A DNA stretch of 64,000 nt, from IMG/VR virus record IMGVR_UViG_3300032288_003288; one strand, written 5' to 3'. The position numbers and the translations under genes are program-made. This document shows positions 45,157 to 54,957 of the stretch, one piece after another. Below the pieces are notes generated by a model. The model was not told where the DNA came from, ran no database searches, and was given only the letters and a program-made list of their open reading frames with translations. Each line of letters begins with the position of its first letter. Position 1 is the first letter of the stretch. The stretch comes from a virus.

Positions 45157-45560
45157 TTTTCCTTGATCCTCTTACGTAGTTCAGAAGAAGACAGATGGTG
45201 CTGCCTCGAGTTGTAATATACGTAAATCCTTTTGGCTTCACATATATCCTTACCGGTAAAGTCTTTGTCTCTATAGTCTTCGCCGATAATTCTGACATCG
45301 AAGCGGCGTGATTCCAAGATTAGTTTCACTTCCTCTTCGGTGGTGTAAGGGATAATCTCATCGACGTACTTACATCCTTTCAACTGGATGTACCGTTCAT
45401 AGAGAGACTGAATAGGCCGATTCTTTTCTGGACGATCGACCGTGGGATCTGACTGCAGACCTACGACTAGATAGTCGCAAACGTCCTTGGCTTCCTCAAG
45501 CATGAGGATATGGCCAGCATGTAACAAATCAAACGAGCTAAATGTAATACCTACTGTCAT
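45153..45560 (-). CDS. Cytidylyltransferase, TagD/RfaE domain II family
   Basis: SFDLLHAGH, CDYLVVGL, ER...L..CKYVDE, R....SSS.LR. Confidence 0.92.
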   Translation of the reverse strand: MTVGITFSSFDLLHAGHILMLEEAKDVCDYLVVGLQSDPTVDRPEKNRPIQSLYERYIQLKGCKYVDEIIPYTTEEEVKLILESRRFDVRIIGEDYRDKDFTGKDICEAKRIYVYYNSRQHHLSSSELRKRIKEK

Positions 45561-45566
45561 AATACC

Positions 45567-45917
45567 TCAACTATAGTGGACGAATGTCATGAGCTTCCAT
45601 TCTTCGTCCATGTAATGTGCAAATTTAGGAAACAATCGAATGAATTCGTTTTTAGCTTTAACTTTATAGCTCTTAAGCCAATCGGGCTCTATTTCTACCC
45701 ATACATCTCCTTCGTCTCCCCAGCGAAGATTTCCAGAATCGAAAAAGATCTTGCCGAAGATCATATAACTGCCACCCATGCCATCCATAATTACATCTAG
45801 ATCTTCGCTAGCCTTGAGCTCGTCATAGACTTCTTCCTCGGCTTCGGAGAATTCATTGTCATATTTGTCGATCTTTACACCGTAGACAGTGTAATAATGA
45901 ATATTAATTCCCATCAC
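45567..45917 (-). CDS. Hypothetical protein
   Basis: Coupled to gp41 stop. Confidence 0.65.
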   Translation of the reverse strand: MMGINIHYYTVYGVKIDKYDNEFSEAEEEVYDELKASEDLDVIMDGMGGSYMIFGKIFFDSGNLRWGDEGDVWVEIEPDWLKSYKVKAKNEFIRLFPKFAHYMDEEWKLMTFVHYS

Positions 45918-47320
45918 TTAAATCCACTAAACTTTGCGCGATCAAACTTACTGACTGGCTTGCTCTCGTTCTCTAGTCGTTCTCCTACAGGAGTTCTATC
46001 CATTACAGAGCCAGTATCTACGAGATCTTCTTGCGCCGAGTCTTCTGCATCGTACAGCTTCATTCTAGCACGATCGACGCCAACCACAAATCGCTTATAC
46101 ATCGAAGGATCGTTGTAGCGATTCTTGAGCTGCTTGATCATGATCTGACCGAGTTGCTCGAGCTCTTCGGTAGAGATGAGAGCAAACATAAAGTCGGCGG
46201 TAGCGGGCAGACCAAACGATTCTGAGGTGTCAGTCAGGCCGACGTCAGAGTTGTCATAGCCACTCCGAGTAGTCTGCGTTGCCGAGATGACAGGAACATT
46301 GAACTCAACAGCCAGACCACGAAGTTCTTCGGCGATGGCCTTGATTAGAGTATATGAGTTGACGTTAGAACCCATCTTCATACGAGAAGATGCACAGATG
46401 TTGAGATAGTCGATGTAGATAATATCGGGAACGAAGTTCTTCTTGATCTTCAGTTCGTTAAGAAGATGTCTGAAGTTACCGCTGCCAGCGCTGGCAGTTG
46501 GATATTCCTTGACGATCAACTTACCTGTAGTCTTACCACGAACCTTACTCAGCATCTTATAATAAGTGTCCTGCGGCAACTCAGCCAACTGATCGATGGT
46601 CACATTCAAAAGATTGGCGTCGATACGCTCTGCGATCTTCTCTTCACTCATTTCCAGGGTGATGTACAGAACATTGTACCCGTCCATGAGATTGGTAGCC
46701 GCGCAGTGACACATAAACAGAGACTTACCGACGCCAGTTCCAGCCAAGGCAATATTGAGAGTCTTACGCGGAACACCTCCTTTGGTGATCTTGTTCATGT
46801 AGTCGAGATTGAACGGGATACGGAATTCCTTGGTGTGATAGAACTCATAGCGTTCTTCCACATTCTCGAGGAAGTCGTGACCGATGCTGGTATCGAACGA
46901 CACGGCCAGAGCATCAGACAGTAGCTGAGGAATGCTGCCTTTGCTCAGGTTCTTGGCCTTGTCGTCGATAATCTTGATCGACTCCATGATGGCATTGTAG
47001 ATCGCTTTGTCTTGGCAAAACTTTTCGGTCTGATCGACGAGCCACTCGATGTCATTACCAGTAGGCTCATCGAGCTTGGTAATGATCTCTTTGGCATTGA
47101 CAAACTGCTCGTCGCTCAGACCTTCGATGTTGTTCACATCGATCAGAAGGGCTTCTTTAGTAGGTGCACTGTTATACTTCTTGACGTAGTCATCAATCAG
47201 GTTATAGACTTTCCTTTCGACGATGTCATGAAAGTATTCACCACGCAAGAACGGAATAGTCTTGCGAGCATACTCTTCATTATGAATAAGATTGCTAAAG
47301 ATTGCCTCTTCGATTTTCAC
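45914..47320 (-). CDS. gp41: Replicative helicase, T4 gp41 family
   Basis: AGTGVGKS, TLEM, KEYPT, IDYLNIC, SESFGLPATAD, KQLKNRY. Confidence 0.97.
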   Translation of the reverse strand: MKIEEAIFSNLIHNEEYARKTIPFLRGEYFHDIVERKVYNLIDDYVKKYNSAPTKEALLIDVNNIEGLSDEQFVNAKEIITKLDEPTGNDIEWLVDQTEKFCQDKAIYNAIMESIKIIDDKAKNLSKGSIPQLLSDALAVSFDTSIGHDFLENVEERYEFYHTKEFRIPFNLDYMNKITKGGVPRKTLNIALAGTGVGKSLFMCHCAATNLMDGYNVLYITLEMSEEKIAERIDANLLNVTIDQLAELPQDTYYKMLSKVRGKTTGKLIVKEYPTASAGSGNFRHLLNELKIKKNFVPDIIYIDYLNICASSRMKMGSNVNSYTLIKAIAEELRGLAVEFNVPVISATQTTRSGYDNSDVGLTDTSESFGLPATADFMFALISTEELEQLGQIMIKQLKNRYNDPSMYKRFVVGVDRARMKLYDAEDSAQEDLVDTGSVMDRTPVGERLENESKPVSKFDRAKFSGFK

Positions 47321-47574
47321 TCAACTACCTCTTCATATGTCTGTTCAAAGATATCAGGTTTGCATGGATAGAATTCACCTGCAACACCTTTGATGATGAA
47401 GTCTCCAACAGATGCATCCATGATACCTTCCGGCGTATAGATCTGTAAGACATTATACGGTACCATTCTACGAGCTTTACCAATAAATTGTGAGACCTCT
47501 TCTAAGTTTTCTCCGGTCCACAGAATGGCTTCGACCACAACTGGCTTCTTACGAAACTTAGGCAATGTCTTCAT
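47317..47574 (-). CDS. Conserved phage hypothetical protein
   Basis: RKKPVVVEA, TPEG, GDFIIKGV.GEFYPCKPDIF..TYE. Confidence 0.85.
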   Translation of the reverse strand: MKTLPKFRKKPVVVEAILWTGENLEEVSQFIGKARRMVPYNVLQIYTPEGIMDASVGDFIIKGVAGEFYPCKPDIFEQTYEEVVE

Positions 47575-48640
47575 CCTCTTCTAGAATGTCGTACACTTCG
47601 CTCATGACATCTTCCTTCATGATGTCACCATTTCCGACAGCATACTTTTCTTCGATGTACTTCTTGAAGGAAGGAGCCTGTAGAATGGGCAGCCAGAAAT
47701 CGGCAGTGTAGGTATCAGCATGGCGATAGTTCTTTTCAAAGATTTCGCCAGTCTCGAGGTCGACCTTCTGATACCAACCGACCTTAGGCTTGATAACGTG
47801 GCCAGACTCGAGAGCCATGTCCAACAGACCTGACCACTTGCTGATACCATCTTGCCACGACACTTCGATAGGGATCTTGCTCTTTTCCTTGACGAAGCGT
47901 GACTTCTCGACGTTGATGATAAAGTTGTAGCCGACTGTGTCCTTGCCATCCTTTTCCTGCTGACGACCAAGGATATAGATGTTGTCAGCAGAGTAGTAGA
48001 TACCAGTGCCGCCGCTAACGACTGGCTTCGAGTACATTTCCTGTGTCATGTAAGTATGATTGACCACGACCAGAGGAATGTCCTTGAGGTTGAGATGCGG
48101 CGTGACCATACGGAACAGAGACTTGATCTGCTTAGCGCGACTCATGTCGGCAGCAGAGTTTTGCTTGAGAGCATCTTCGACTTCCTTCTTGGAAGCGAGG
48201 TTGCCTACAGAGTCGATGACAATGATCACGCGTTCATCGCGAGTAATATTCTCGAGCTGAGCCATGATGTCGAACTTCAACTGCTCGACGTCAGTGATAG
48301 GAGTATGAAGCACTCGCTTGGTGTCGATCTTGAAGGTCTCGAAGTATGACTGCGGGGTGCCGAACTCAGAGTCATAGAACATGAGGACCGAACCAGGATA
48401 TTTGTCCATGTAAGCCTTGGCCATAAGCAGGCTGAACGAAGTCTTGAAGTGCTTCGAAGGACCAGCCCAGATGGTCAGGCCTGGAGTGAGACCACCGTCG
48501 AGCTTGCCTGAGAGGGCGATGTTGATCGCTGGCACCGAAGTGGGGATCATGTCCTTCTTGGTGAAGAACTTGGATTCTGACAGGATATCAGTATCCTTGA
48601 TAGTGGTATTCTTACGTAGCTTATTGAGAAGATCAGACAT
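47558..48640 (-). CDS. uvsX: RecA-like recombinase
   Basis: AGPSKHFKT, YDSEFG, DSVGNLASKKE, VSGGTG, KSRFVKEK. Confidence 0.97.
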   Translation of the reverse strand: MSDLLNKLRKNTTIKDTDILSESKFFTKKDMIPTSVPAINIALSGKLDGGLTPGLTIWAGPSKHFKTSFSLLMAKAYMDKYPGSVLMFYDSEFGTPQSYFETFKIDTKRVLHTPITDVEQLKFDIMAQLENITRDERVIIVIDSVGNLASKKEVEDALKQNSAADMSRAKQIKSLFRMVTPHLNLKDIPLVVVNHTYMTQEMYSKPVVSGGTGIYYSADNIYILGRQQEKDGKDTVGYNFIINVEKSRFVKEKSKIPIEVSWQDGISKWSGLLDMALESGHVIKPKVGWYQKVDLETGEIFEKNYRHADTYTADFWLPILQAPSFKKYIEEKYAVGNGDIMKEDVMSEVYDILEEDEDIA

Positions 48641-48664
48641 AATAACTCCTTTGCAACATTATGC

Positions 48665-48693
48665 AGTATACCTCATTAACGATGTCAAGTACA
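48665..48693 (-). promoter_or_regulatory. Phage early-type promoter
   Basis: TGTACT-N17-TATACT. Confidence 0.7.
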
Positions 48694-48701
48694 TAGTTTT
48701 A

Positions 48702-48950
48702 CTAGCTAGCTATGACAGCTTGCAGCTTCTTCTTGAACTCTTCGATCTTGGCAGCTCGATTTGGCCAATGAATGTACGCATTCTTGTCTGCGTCTTTGGC
48801 CAAATTATTGAGAAGCGGCAAGACGAGCTTATACATCAGCTCTGCCTTTTGTTGACCTTCTACTGTGGCAGCCTCTGCCTGCTGAAAGATGTCGTCGCTG
48901 ACAGTAGTAAAGCCGAAGTCGAACTCTTCGTCTAGATCTAGGATTCCCAT
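48702..48950 (-). CDS. Conserved hypothetical protein
   Basis: FDFGFT, PLLNNL, YIHWPNR. Confidence 0.8.
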   Translation of the reverse strand: MGILDLDEEFDFGFTTVSDDIFQQAEAATVEGQQKAELMYKLVLPLLNNLAKDADKNAYIHWPNRAAKIEEFKKKLQAVIAS

Positions 48951-51439
48951 TAGAAAAATGCCTCCAGTGTTGCTTTCTTTTCTGACTGCCAGTCGATCTT
49001 ATCGAGGATCAGGGCCAGCGCGTCCAAGTATGACTTATCGAATTGCTTGTCGTAGTCGATGTAGCGTTCCAGATCAAACTCCTTAGGCAACTCGTCGGGA
49101 CAAGAGATCACGTTGGTCGAGTATGGATTCGGGAACTTCAGATAGCAGAACTTGATCTTGTCGGCGTCTGCTATGGTCTGATATTTATTCGAGAGGCCTT
49201 TCGTCCTCACGAGATGATTAAACAAAAGACTGCCTTTGACATGGATAGGAGTGCCAGACTTGTACATCTCGGCACCACGACCTTTCCACTTTGAGATCTC
49301 AGACACTCCACGAGGGAATGCAATGGCATGGAACGGCATGGTCTTGAACTTGGTTCTAAACTCGGTGATGTACTTCTGCAAGTCTGCTTCGGTGCCGTTC
49401 ATGATGATCTCGAATGATTCCTTCAGACCGTCACGACAGAACGAAGGAGTCGAGGACTTGACAGCCTCGATGCCCGACATCTTGAGCTTTGCCTTTTCAT
49501 AACGAACGCCTTCGAGGTCCCATACATTGAGGATGTACCGCTTCTTGGCAATCCATATGGCCTTGTCGGCGATGGCTTCACGCTTCATGAACATCTTCTG
49601 AGCATAAGAACCCATTCGATCAGCCAACTGCTGATATGCCTTGTCGATGAAAGGCTCGAGAACCTTGCTGCAGATCTTGTCGACATACTCGACGATCTTT
49701 TTCTTGTCAGTCTCGTCGGGCATAGTGGACTTGATCAATGGGCCGAGACACAGATACACAGAGTCTGTATCAGAAGCCACGACATAGTCCATGTTATCGG
49801 ACTTAAGTAGCTTGTTCAGATACTCGTTGAGTCTGTCTGCGATCCAACGGATCGATAGCTGACCAGACATGGTGATGGCTTCGGCGTGGTTGATGTCATA
49901 CCAACGGAAGTACTTGTTGCCGAGTGCACCGTAAGCTGAGTTCAACTGAATCTTCTTGGCCATCTGCAGGTTGTTGAGTCGAGCTACTTCTTTGTAGAGC
50001 TCGCGATCCTTAGTCTTCTCATATTCCTTCTTGACCTCGATCATCTGGTTCTTGTAGTGAACACGATCATCGTACATCTTGGCCATGATGGCACCAAGAA
50101 AACCTTGCTTGTCTTTACGATACATGCAACCATTGGCAGCTACAGACATGCCTGTATCTTCGATGCCGTATCCATTGAGGATCTGATCGATGGTAGGAAA
50201 GCTGTTGAGCTTCTCGACAAAGGTTTCAGGCGAGATGTTGTACTGCTGAATGAGGTGCGGATAGAGTGAGTTGAGGTCGAACGAGACCACCCACGGATGC
50301 ATGCCCGCTTGTACCTCCTTCACATATCCACCTACCAGAGGATCTGAAGTGGTGTTACGTGGCTTCTGCGGAACCACGATGTTCCGATCCATGAGATAGT
50401 TGTGAATGATCACGTCCCACGGATTCACAGAAGCCAGTGTGTCGTCGTAGTTGATCTTGGCGTCATAAGCCAGAGCCATGACCAACTCGATCAGCTTCAT
50501 CTTGTCTTCGAGCTTCTCGATCAGGACAGTATCCTGAATGTTGTACTCGATGAATCGCTGTGGATTCCTCTTGAAAAGATCATCGAGCGACGTGTAGCCT
50601 TCGTCTCGATAGTCGACCTTCTTCTCTCCGAGCTCGACGCTGGCGATATGATCGAGTCTGTACGACTCTTGATTTGTGTAGGTAAACTTCTTATAGAGTG
50701 CCATGTAATCCATGACAGACACGCCGATGAGGTCGTATGAGGTAGACTTCTGACCGCGGATCTCGATCTCGTATGGCTTGATGATGCCCCATGGAGACAG
50801 CAGCTTGACATACTCGTCGCCGAGGACACGCTGAATTCGATTGACGAGATATGGAATGTCGAAGAACTCGATGTTCCAACCAGTCACAATGTCAGGATTG
50901 TAGAGGCTGCCAGACCATACCTCGAGGAACGACTTCAGCAGAGCAGCCTCGTCCCAACACTTGTAGTAAGTGACAGTAGGATCGTCAGTCTTGAAGTCTA
51001 CACAGCCGAAGGTCGTCTTCTTTCCATTACGAGAGATGGTGATGGCAGTGATCTCACGATTGGCTGTGGCGATGTCTGGAAACCCATCAGACGAGTCAGT
51101 CTCGATGTCGAGAGACACAACGGAAACGAGGGACGGATCATACTTGATCTGCCCCTTGAAATAGTCGTAGATGAATAGGTAGATGAAGTTGGTCAGGCCG
51201 TAGATCGGCATGCCATGAACGTTCTCGTGCTTCTTCAAAAAGTCAGCAGCATCGTACATAGACGTGAAGTCGACTCGACCGACAGACTTGCCTTCGAGTG
51301 TCTTGTACTTCCCGTCGACCCCGCTCTGAACGAAGAGGTAGGGCTTGTAATCTAATGCACGCTTGACTTGTTTACCGTTTTGAATGCCACGTACCAGGAT
51401 CTTGTTGCCTTTGCGATGGACGTTCGTGTAGAATTGCAT
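48950..51439 (-). CDS. gp43: Family B DNA polymerase, T4 gp43 family
   Basis: DIET, GWN..FFD, SFDLNSLYP, KIQLNSAYG, SDTDS, KKRY, PCNA-binding tail TLEAFF; start MQFYTN. Confidence 0.98.
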   Translation of the reverse strand: MQFYTNVHRKGNKILVRGIQNGKQVKRALDYKPYLFVQSGVDGKYKTLEGKSVGRVDFTSMYDAADFLKKHENVHGMPIYGLTNFIYLFIYDYFKGQIKYDPSLVSVVSLDIETDSSDGFPDIATANREITAITISRNGKKTTFGCVDFKTDDPTVTYYKCWDEAALLKSFLEVWSGSLYNPDIVTGWNIEFFDIPYLVNRIQRVLGDEYVKLLSPWGIIKPYEIEIRGQKSTSYDLIGVSVMDYMALYKKFTYTNQESYRLDHIASVELGEKKVDYRDEGYTSLDDLFKRNPQRFIEYNIQDTVLIEKLEDKMKLIELVMALAYDAKINYDDTLASVNPWDVIIHNYLMDRNIVVPQKPRNTTSDPLVGGYVKEVQAGMHPWVVSFDLNSLYPHLIQQYNISPETFVEKLNSFPTIDQILNGYGIEDTGMSVAANGCMYRKDKQGFLGAIMAKMYDDRVHYKNQMIEVKKEYEKTKDRELYKEVARLNNLQMAKKIQLNSAYGALGNKYFRWYDINHAEAITMSGQLSIRWIADRLNEYLNKLLKSDNMDYVVASDTDSVYLCLGPLIKSTMPDETDKKKIVEYVDKICSKVLEPFIDKAYQQLADRMGSYAQKMFMKREAIADKAIWIAKKRYILNVWDLEGVRYEKAKLKMSGIEAVKSSTPSFCRDGLKESFEIIMNGTEADLQKYITEFRTKFKTMPFHAIAFPRGVSEISKWKGRGAEMYKSGTPIHVKGSLLFNHLVRTKGLSNKYQTIADADKIKFCYLKFPNPYSTNVISCPDELPKEFDLERYIDYDKQFDKSYLDALALILDKIDWQSEKKATLEAFF

Positions 51440-51464
51440 GCATGACTCCGCTAGGTTCAAGATC

Positions 51465-51472
51465 TATAAATA
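51465..51472 (+). promoter_or_regulatory. T4-type late promoter for plus-strand lysis genes
   Basis: TATAAATA. Confidence 0.8.
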
Positions 51473-51524
51473 CCACTGTGCGTGCTACAAGTACATAGAT
51501 TTAGTAAGAATAAGGAAAATAATA

Positions 51525-51974
51525 ATGAGCTTACTATCGTTCTTCTCAGCTCCAGAAGTCACGTCCTTTGAACAGTTAGAATTGGAAAAAGGAAAGATTC
51601 AATTAACCATCATGAAGATGGCTGCAACCATTCTTGGTGTCATCATGATGGCTGTCGTCTTTATCTTTCTGATCGGTATGTTTGTACCAAATCACTTGAT
51701 CGACAACAACGAGATCTTCAAGATCATTGGACCTGCATTCTCAACGATCGTAGGTGCTTTTGTCGGTGCATTTGCTACCATGATGGGTATGAAAACTGCC
51801 GAATTTGATCCGAATGTCAAGACTCAAGAGCTAGGCAAAACAGATCATAAAGCTCTCGCTGAAGCACACAAGATCAACGCTGAAGCAGAAGGCATCGAAA
51901 TCGACAACGAGATCAAGATGATGAAGGCTGTCGACGAATATCTCGAATCAGACGAAGATCACGGTCCATTCTAA
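51525..51974 (+). CDS. Two-TM membrane protein, holin candidate
   Basis: Two TM helices, IDN.EIF.IIGPAF.TIVG; directly upstream of endolysin; TAAGGA RBS. Confidence 0.7.
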   Translation: MSLLSFFSAPEVTSFEQLELEKGKIQLTIMKMAATILGVIMMAVVFIFLIGMFVPNHLIDNNEIFKIIGPAFSTIVGAFVGAFATMMGMKTAEFDPNVKTQELGKTDHKALAEAHKINAEAEGIEIDNEIKMMKAVDEYLESDEDHGPF

Positions 51975-51984
51975 TAGGTGACAC

Positions 51985-53166
51985 ATGACACAAATAACAG
52001 AACACTTCACTTTGGCGGAACTAACGACTTCGCCGACTGCCAAGAAACTTGGCTTATCTAATACTCCTACTCCTGAACACATCGCTAATATGAAATACTG
52101 TTGCGAGAAGATCCTCGAACCAGTGCGTGCAAAGTTTGGCCCTGTTCAAGTCAACTCCTCTTATCGAGCTCCAGCCGTCAACAGAGCCGTAGGTGGATCT
52201 AAGACTTCTCAACACGTCAATGGTCAAGCTATCGACTTCGAAGTTCCTGGAGTAGACAATAAGACGGTCGCAGATTGGGTTGCAGACAACCTAGAGTTCG
52301 ATCAGGTCATCCTCGAGTTCTACACCAAAGGCGACAAGAATTCTGGATGGGTACACGCTTCTATTAAAAAGGAAGGCGGTAATCGTCGTCAGCGTCTGAT
52401 TGCGACGAAGTCGAAGACGGGAGGGACTCAGTATACTCCTGTGGCGGATTTTGACCCTTCGACTCTTCCTGGTCAATCTGCTGCAGCACGTCCTGCAACA
52501 TCTGGTCAAGCCACGCCTCAATCTCGGCCAGCTCCATCTTCTTCGGGTCTCGGTCCATTGGCTGCTCTCCAAGCTAAGTGTGGTGTTACCGCTGACGGTA
52601 AATGGGGACCTGGTACTTATAAGGCTGCGCGCGCCTACTTCAAGCTTACAAACAATCAGGCTGCGCACTTCTTCGGTCAGTGTTCACACGAGTCTGGCGG
52701 GTTCAAGGTATTCTCAGAAAACCTTAACTACTCTGCAGACGGTCTGAACAAGATCTTTCCTAAGTACTTCATCAAGGCTGGCAGAAACGCTGCTCAGTAT
52801 TCTCGTAAGCCCGAGAAGATCGCCAACGTCGTCTATTCAAATAGAATGGGCAACGGCAACGAAGCATCAGGTGACGGCTGGAAGTTCCGCGGACGAGGTC
52901 CTATTCAGTTGACTGGAAAGGACAACTATCAAGCGTTTGCCAACCACATCGGTCGTCCTGATATCATGACCAATCCTGACGTGGTAGCTTCAGAGTTGGC
53001 CTTCGAATCAGCTATCTTCTTTTTCGAAAAGAATGGGTTGTTTGCTATCGCCAACAAAGGTGTGACAGATGCCATCATTACTCAGATTACACGCAGAGTC
53101 AACGGAGGCACACACGGCCTCGATGATAGACTAAAGAAGACTAAGCAATACGCGGCTTGGGGATAA
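51985..53166 (+). CDS. Dual-domain endolysin: peptidase M15 + PG-binding segment + GH19 glycosidase
   Basis: SYR...N..VGG...SQH..GQAID, WVH; ADG.WGPGT; HESGGF, ENLNYS, RGRGPIQLTGKDNY, TRRVNGG..GL.DR. Confidence 0.92.
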   Translation: MTQITEHFTLAELTTSPTAKKLGLSNTPTPEHIANMKYCCEKILEPVRAKFGPVQVNSSYRAPAVNRAVGGSKTSQHVNGQAIDFEVPGVDNKTVADWVADNLEFDQVILEFYTKGDKNSGWVHASIKKEGGNRRQRLIATKSKTGGTQYTPVADFDPSTLPGQSAAARPATSGQATPQSRPAPSSSGLGPLAALQAKCGVTADGKWGPGTYKAARAYFKLTNNQAAHFFGQCSHESGGFKVFSENLNYSADGLNKIFPKYFIKAGRNAAQYSRKPEKIANVVYSNRMGNGNEASGDGWKFRGRGPIQLTGKDNYQAFANHIGRPDIMTNPDVVASELAFESAIFFFEKNGLFAIANKGVTDAIITQITRRVNGGTHGLDDRLKKTKQYAAWG

Positions 53167-53169
53167 ATT

Positions 53170-53199
53170 GAAGGGGAGCTTTCGCTCCCCTTCTTTTTT
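53170..53199. terminator. Rho-independent terminator between convergent genes
   Basis: GAAGGGGAGC-TTTC-GCTCCCCTTC-TTTTTT. Confidence 0.9.
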
Positions 53200-53296
53200 A
53201 TATAGTCAGTAATGCGTAGAAACAAAAGCCTACCATTGCAAGCACAGAAATTGCAGCGGCCCGAGAAACGGGCACGACATACTTATGATTAAACAT
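53198..53296 (-). CDS. Small hydrophobic peptide (32 aa)
   Basis: MFNHKYVVPVSRAAAISVLAMVGFCFYALLTI directly after hsp20 stop. Confidence 0.45.
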   Translation of the reverse strand: MFNHKYVVPVSRAAAISVLAMVGFCFYALLTI

Positions 53297-53297
53297 C

Positions 53298-53816
53298 TTA
53301 CTTCACTTTCTTCTGGTCTACGAACGAAGCGCCTTCGTCCTTGTCTTCATCGGTGGTGATATCGATCTTCTTGGGCTTGTTTTCCTCAGGGATGATGGCT
53401 TCGAGGCCGATCTTGAGGATGCCGTTGAGAAGCTGAGCACCAGCCACCTCGACATTGTCAGCAAGCGTGAAGTGCCGCGTAAACGGACGCTGAGCTAGAC
53501 CATGATAGAGATATGCGGGATATGTGCCATCAGGAAGAGCTTCGTCTCCTGACTTGGCATTGCCCTTGATAACGAGCTTATCGCCTACAAGTTCGAGTTC
53601 GATGTCTTGCTTGCCGAAGCCAGCGACAGCCATCTCGATGACGTAGCGATTCTCGTCTACTTTCTTGATGTTGTATGGAGGATACTTGGCTTCTTGAGCC
53701 AGCTTGGCAGCCTGTTCGGCTGCGGTAGCGATCTTCTTGACTATTGGATCAAATCCAACGAAGAAACGATCGAAGTCCTTAAAGGTATGGTTAAAGTTCC
53801 ATCCAGTCATATACAT
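53298..53816 (-). CDS. Small heat-shock protein Hsp20 (IbpA-like)
   Basis: YPPYNI, IEMAVAGF, GLAQRPFTRHFTLAD, A.L.NGIL.I.L, PEE.KPKKI. Confidence 0.96.
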   Translation of the reverse strand: MYMTGWNFNHTFKDFDRFFVGFDPIVKKIATAAEQAAKLAQEAKYPPYNIKKVDENRYVIEMAVAGFGKQDIELELVGDKLVIKGNAKSGDEALPDGTYPAYLYHGLAQRPFTRHFTLADNVEVAGAQLLNGILKIGLEAIIPEENKPKKIDITTDEDKDEGASFVDQKKVK

Positions 53817-53864
53817 TCTCCTTTTCAGCGAGGTTAATTAAGTCTACCCATTAGGCGTAGACAT
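53817..53864 (-). promoter_or_regulatory. ROSE-like RNA thermometer in hsp20 leader
   Basis: CTCGCT-GAAA-AGGAG hairpin sequestering the SD with a bulged G, preceded by hairpin GTCTAC/GTAGAC; TATAAATA at 53874-53867. Confidence 0.75.
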
Positions 53865-53874
53865 GGTATTTATA

Positions 53875-54294
53875 TCAAACATATTCATATCGAACGCCAG
53901 CCTCACGGAACATGGCGATCGTAATGTCCCAACGAAACTTAGGGACGTCTTCAAAGATTGGCCGTGAGACCACCCGTTTGATGCCTTTCTGAATGATTGT
54001 CTTGGCACACTCGCTGCACGGGAACAGAGGCGAGTAAAGTGTGCACCCATCAGTCATGATAGGTGCATTGTCGAGAGCGTTGCGTTCAGCATGAGCGACG
54101 AAGAGATACTTCATCTCACGATCATCAAGACGCTCTTCGATATCGAGGACTCCACGAGGAAATCCGTTAAAACCCACTGAGACGACACGCTTCTTCTCGT
54201 CTACCACCACAGCACCCACCTTGGTGCGTGGATCCTTAGACCATGTTGCTACGTGTTCTGCCAGCTCTAGAAAACGCTGGTCCCAATTAGTCAT
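53875..54294 (-). CDS. cd: dCMP deaminase
   Basis: SKDP.TKVGA, GFNGFPRG, HAERNA, PCSECAK. Confidence 0.95.
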   Translation of the reverse strand: MTNWDQRFLELAEHVATWSKDPRTKVGAVVVDEKKRVVSVGFNGFPRGVLDIEERLDDREMKYLFVAHAERNALDNAPIMTDGCTLYSPLFPCSECAKTIIQKGIKRVVSRPIFEDVPKFRWDITIAMFREAGVRYEYV

Positions 54295-54295
54295 A

Positions 54296-54532
54296 TCAAT
54301 ACTCCGGGCCGTGGGTGGTATCAGTCTTTTTGTAGACCTGAAACCAGTCTACACCATAAGCAGGGCAAATGTAAATGCTTTCCGGAAGATTGTTATCATC
54401 CTTCTCGCCACCTTCGCCGCAGATAAAATAGATTTCACCAAGCTTTTCTGCCAGCACCTCATGCTTGAGGATCTTACTAAGCTTGCGCAATTGCTTCAGT
54501 TCGCCTTCATAGGCTTCAAGTTCGAGGTTCAT
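54296..54532 (-). CDS. Hypothetical protein
   Basis: FICGE.G.KD.N.LPE.I.ICPAYG. Confidence 0.75.
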   Translation of the reverse strand: MNLELEAYEGELKQLRKLSKILKHEVLAEKLGEIYFICGEGGEKDDNNLPESIYICPAYGVDWFQVYKKTDTTHGPEY

Positions 54533-54764
54533 TGTAAGGATCCACTAAAATATCAGAAGGCACACACCGTGGGCCCATGTCTGTGTACGCGGGAACGAGA
54601 CCTTCAGCATAACAACTTTCCATGAAACGGAAAGCCTCTTCCTCTTCGCGCGTCTGATCTTGCATGGTCGCGACCACGAGCCACGTAAACCCGATAATCA
54701 GGAGCCAAAAGAACGTACGATAAGTGAAGAATTGATCTCTGATCTTTTTCAATGTATCAATCAT
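54516..54764 (-). CDS. Single-TM hypothetical protein
   Basis: TM + C..G.V...TD.G.RC; start MIDTL. Confidence 0.65.
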   Translation of the reverse strand: MIDTLKKIRDQFFTYRTFFWLLIIGFTWLVVATMQDQTREEEEAFRFMESCYAEGLVPAYTDMGPRCVPSDILVDPYNEPRT

Positions 54765-54957
54765 ATGGAATTCCTGGATCTTGCTTCTTGCCGCTATGAT
54801 GGTCGTCAGTGACGCAGACAGTCTTGGCATTGGTATGCTTGATAAGGACCTGCTGCTCCACCTGACGACACGTCGTATAGCTGGACAGTTGCACTTCTTT
54901 CTTGTTCACGAACTCTCCGTGAGTGTCGAAGAAGAATATGATAAGCCAATACTTCAC
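54757..54957 (-). CDS. Hypothetical protein
   Basis: Coupled ORF. Confidence 0.6.
   Translation of the reverse strand: MKYWLIIFFFDTHGEFVNKKEVQLSSYTTCRQVEQQVLIKHTNAKTVCVTDDHHSGKKQDPGIPYD

Noticed and set aside
17634-51439. Introns or inteins in nrdA, nrdB, gp41, uvsX, gp43
   Set aside because: All are uninterrupted and of normal length; the GIY-YIG gene is free-standing
52291-52668. Minus-strand ORFs inside the endolysin gene
   Set aside because: Antisense to a clearly conserved endolysin; no independent support
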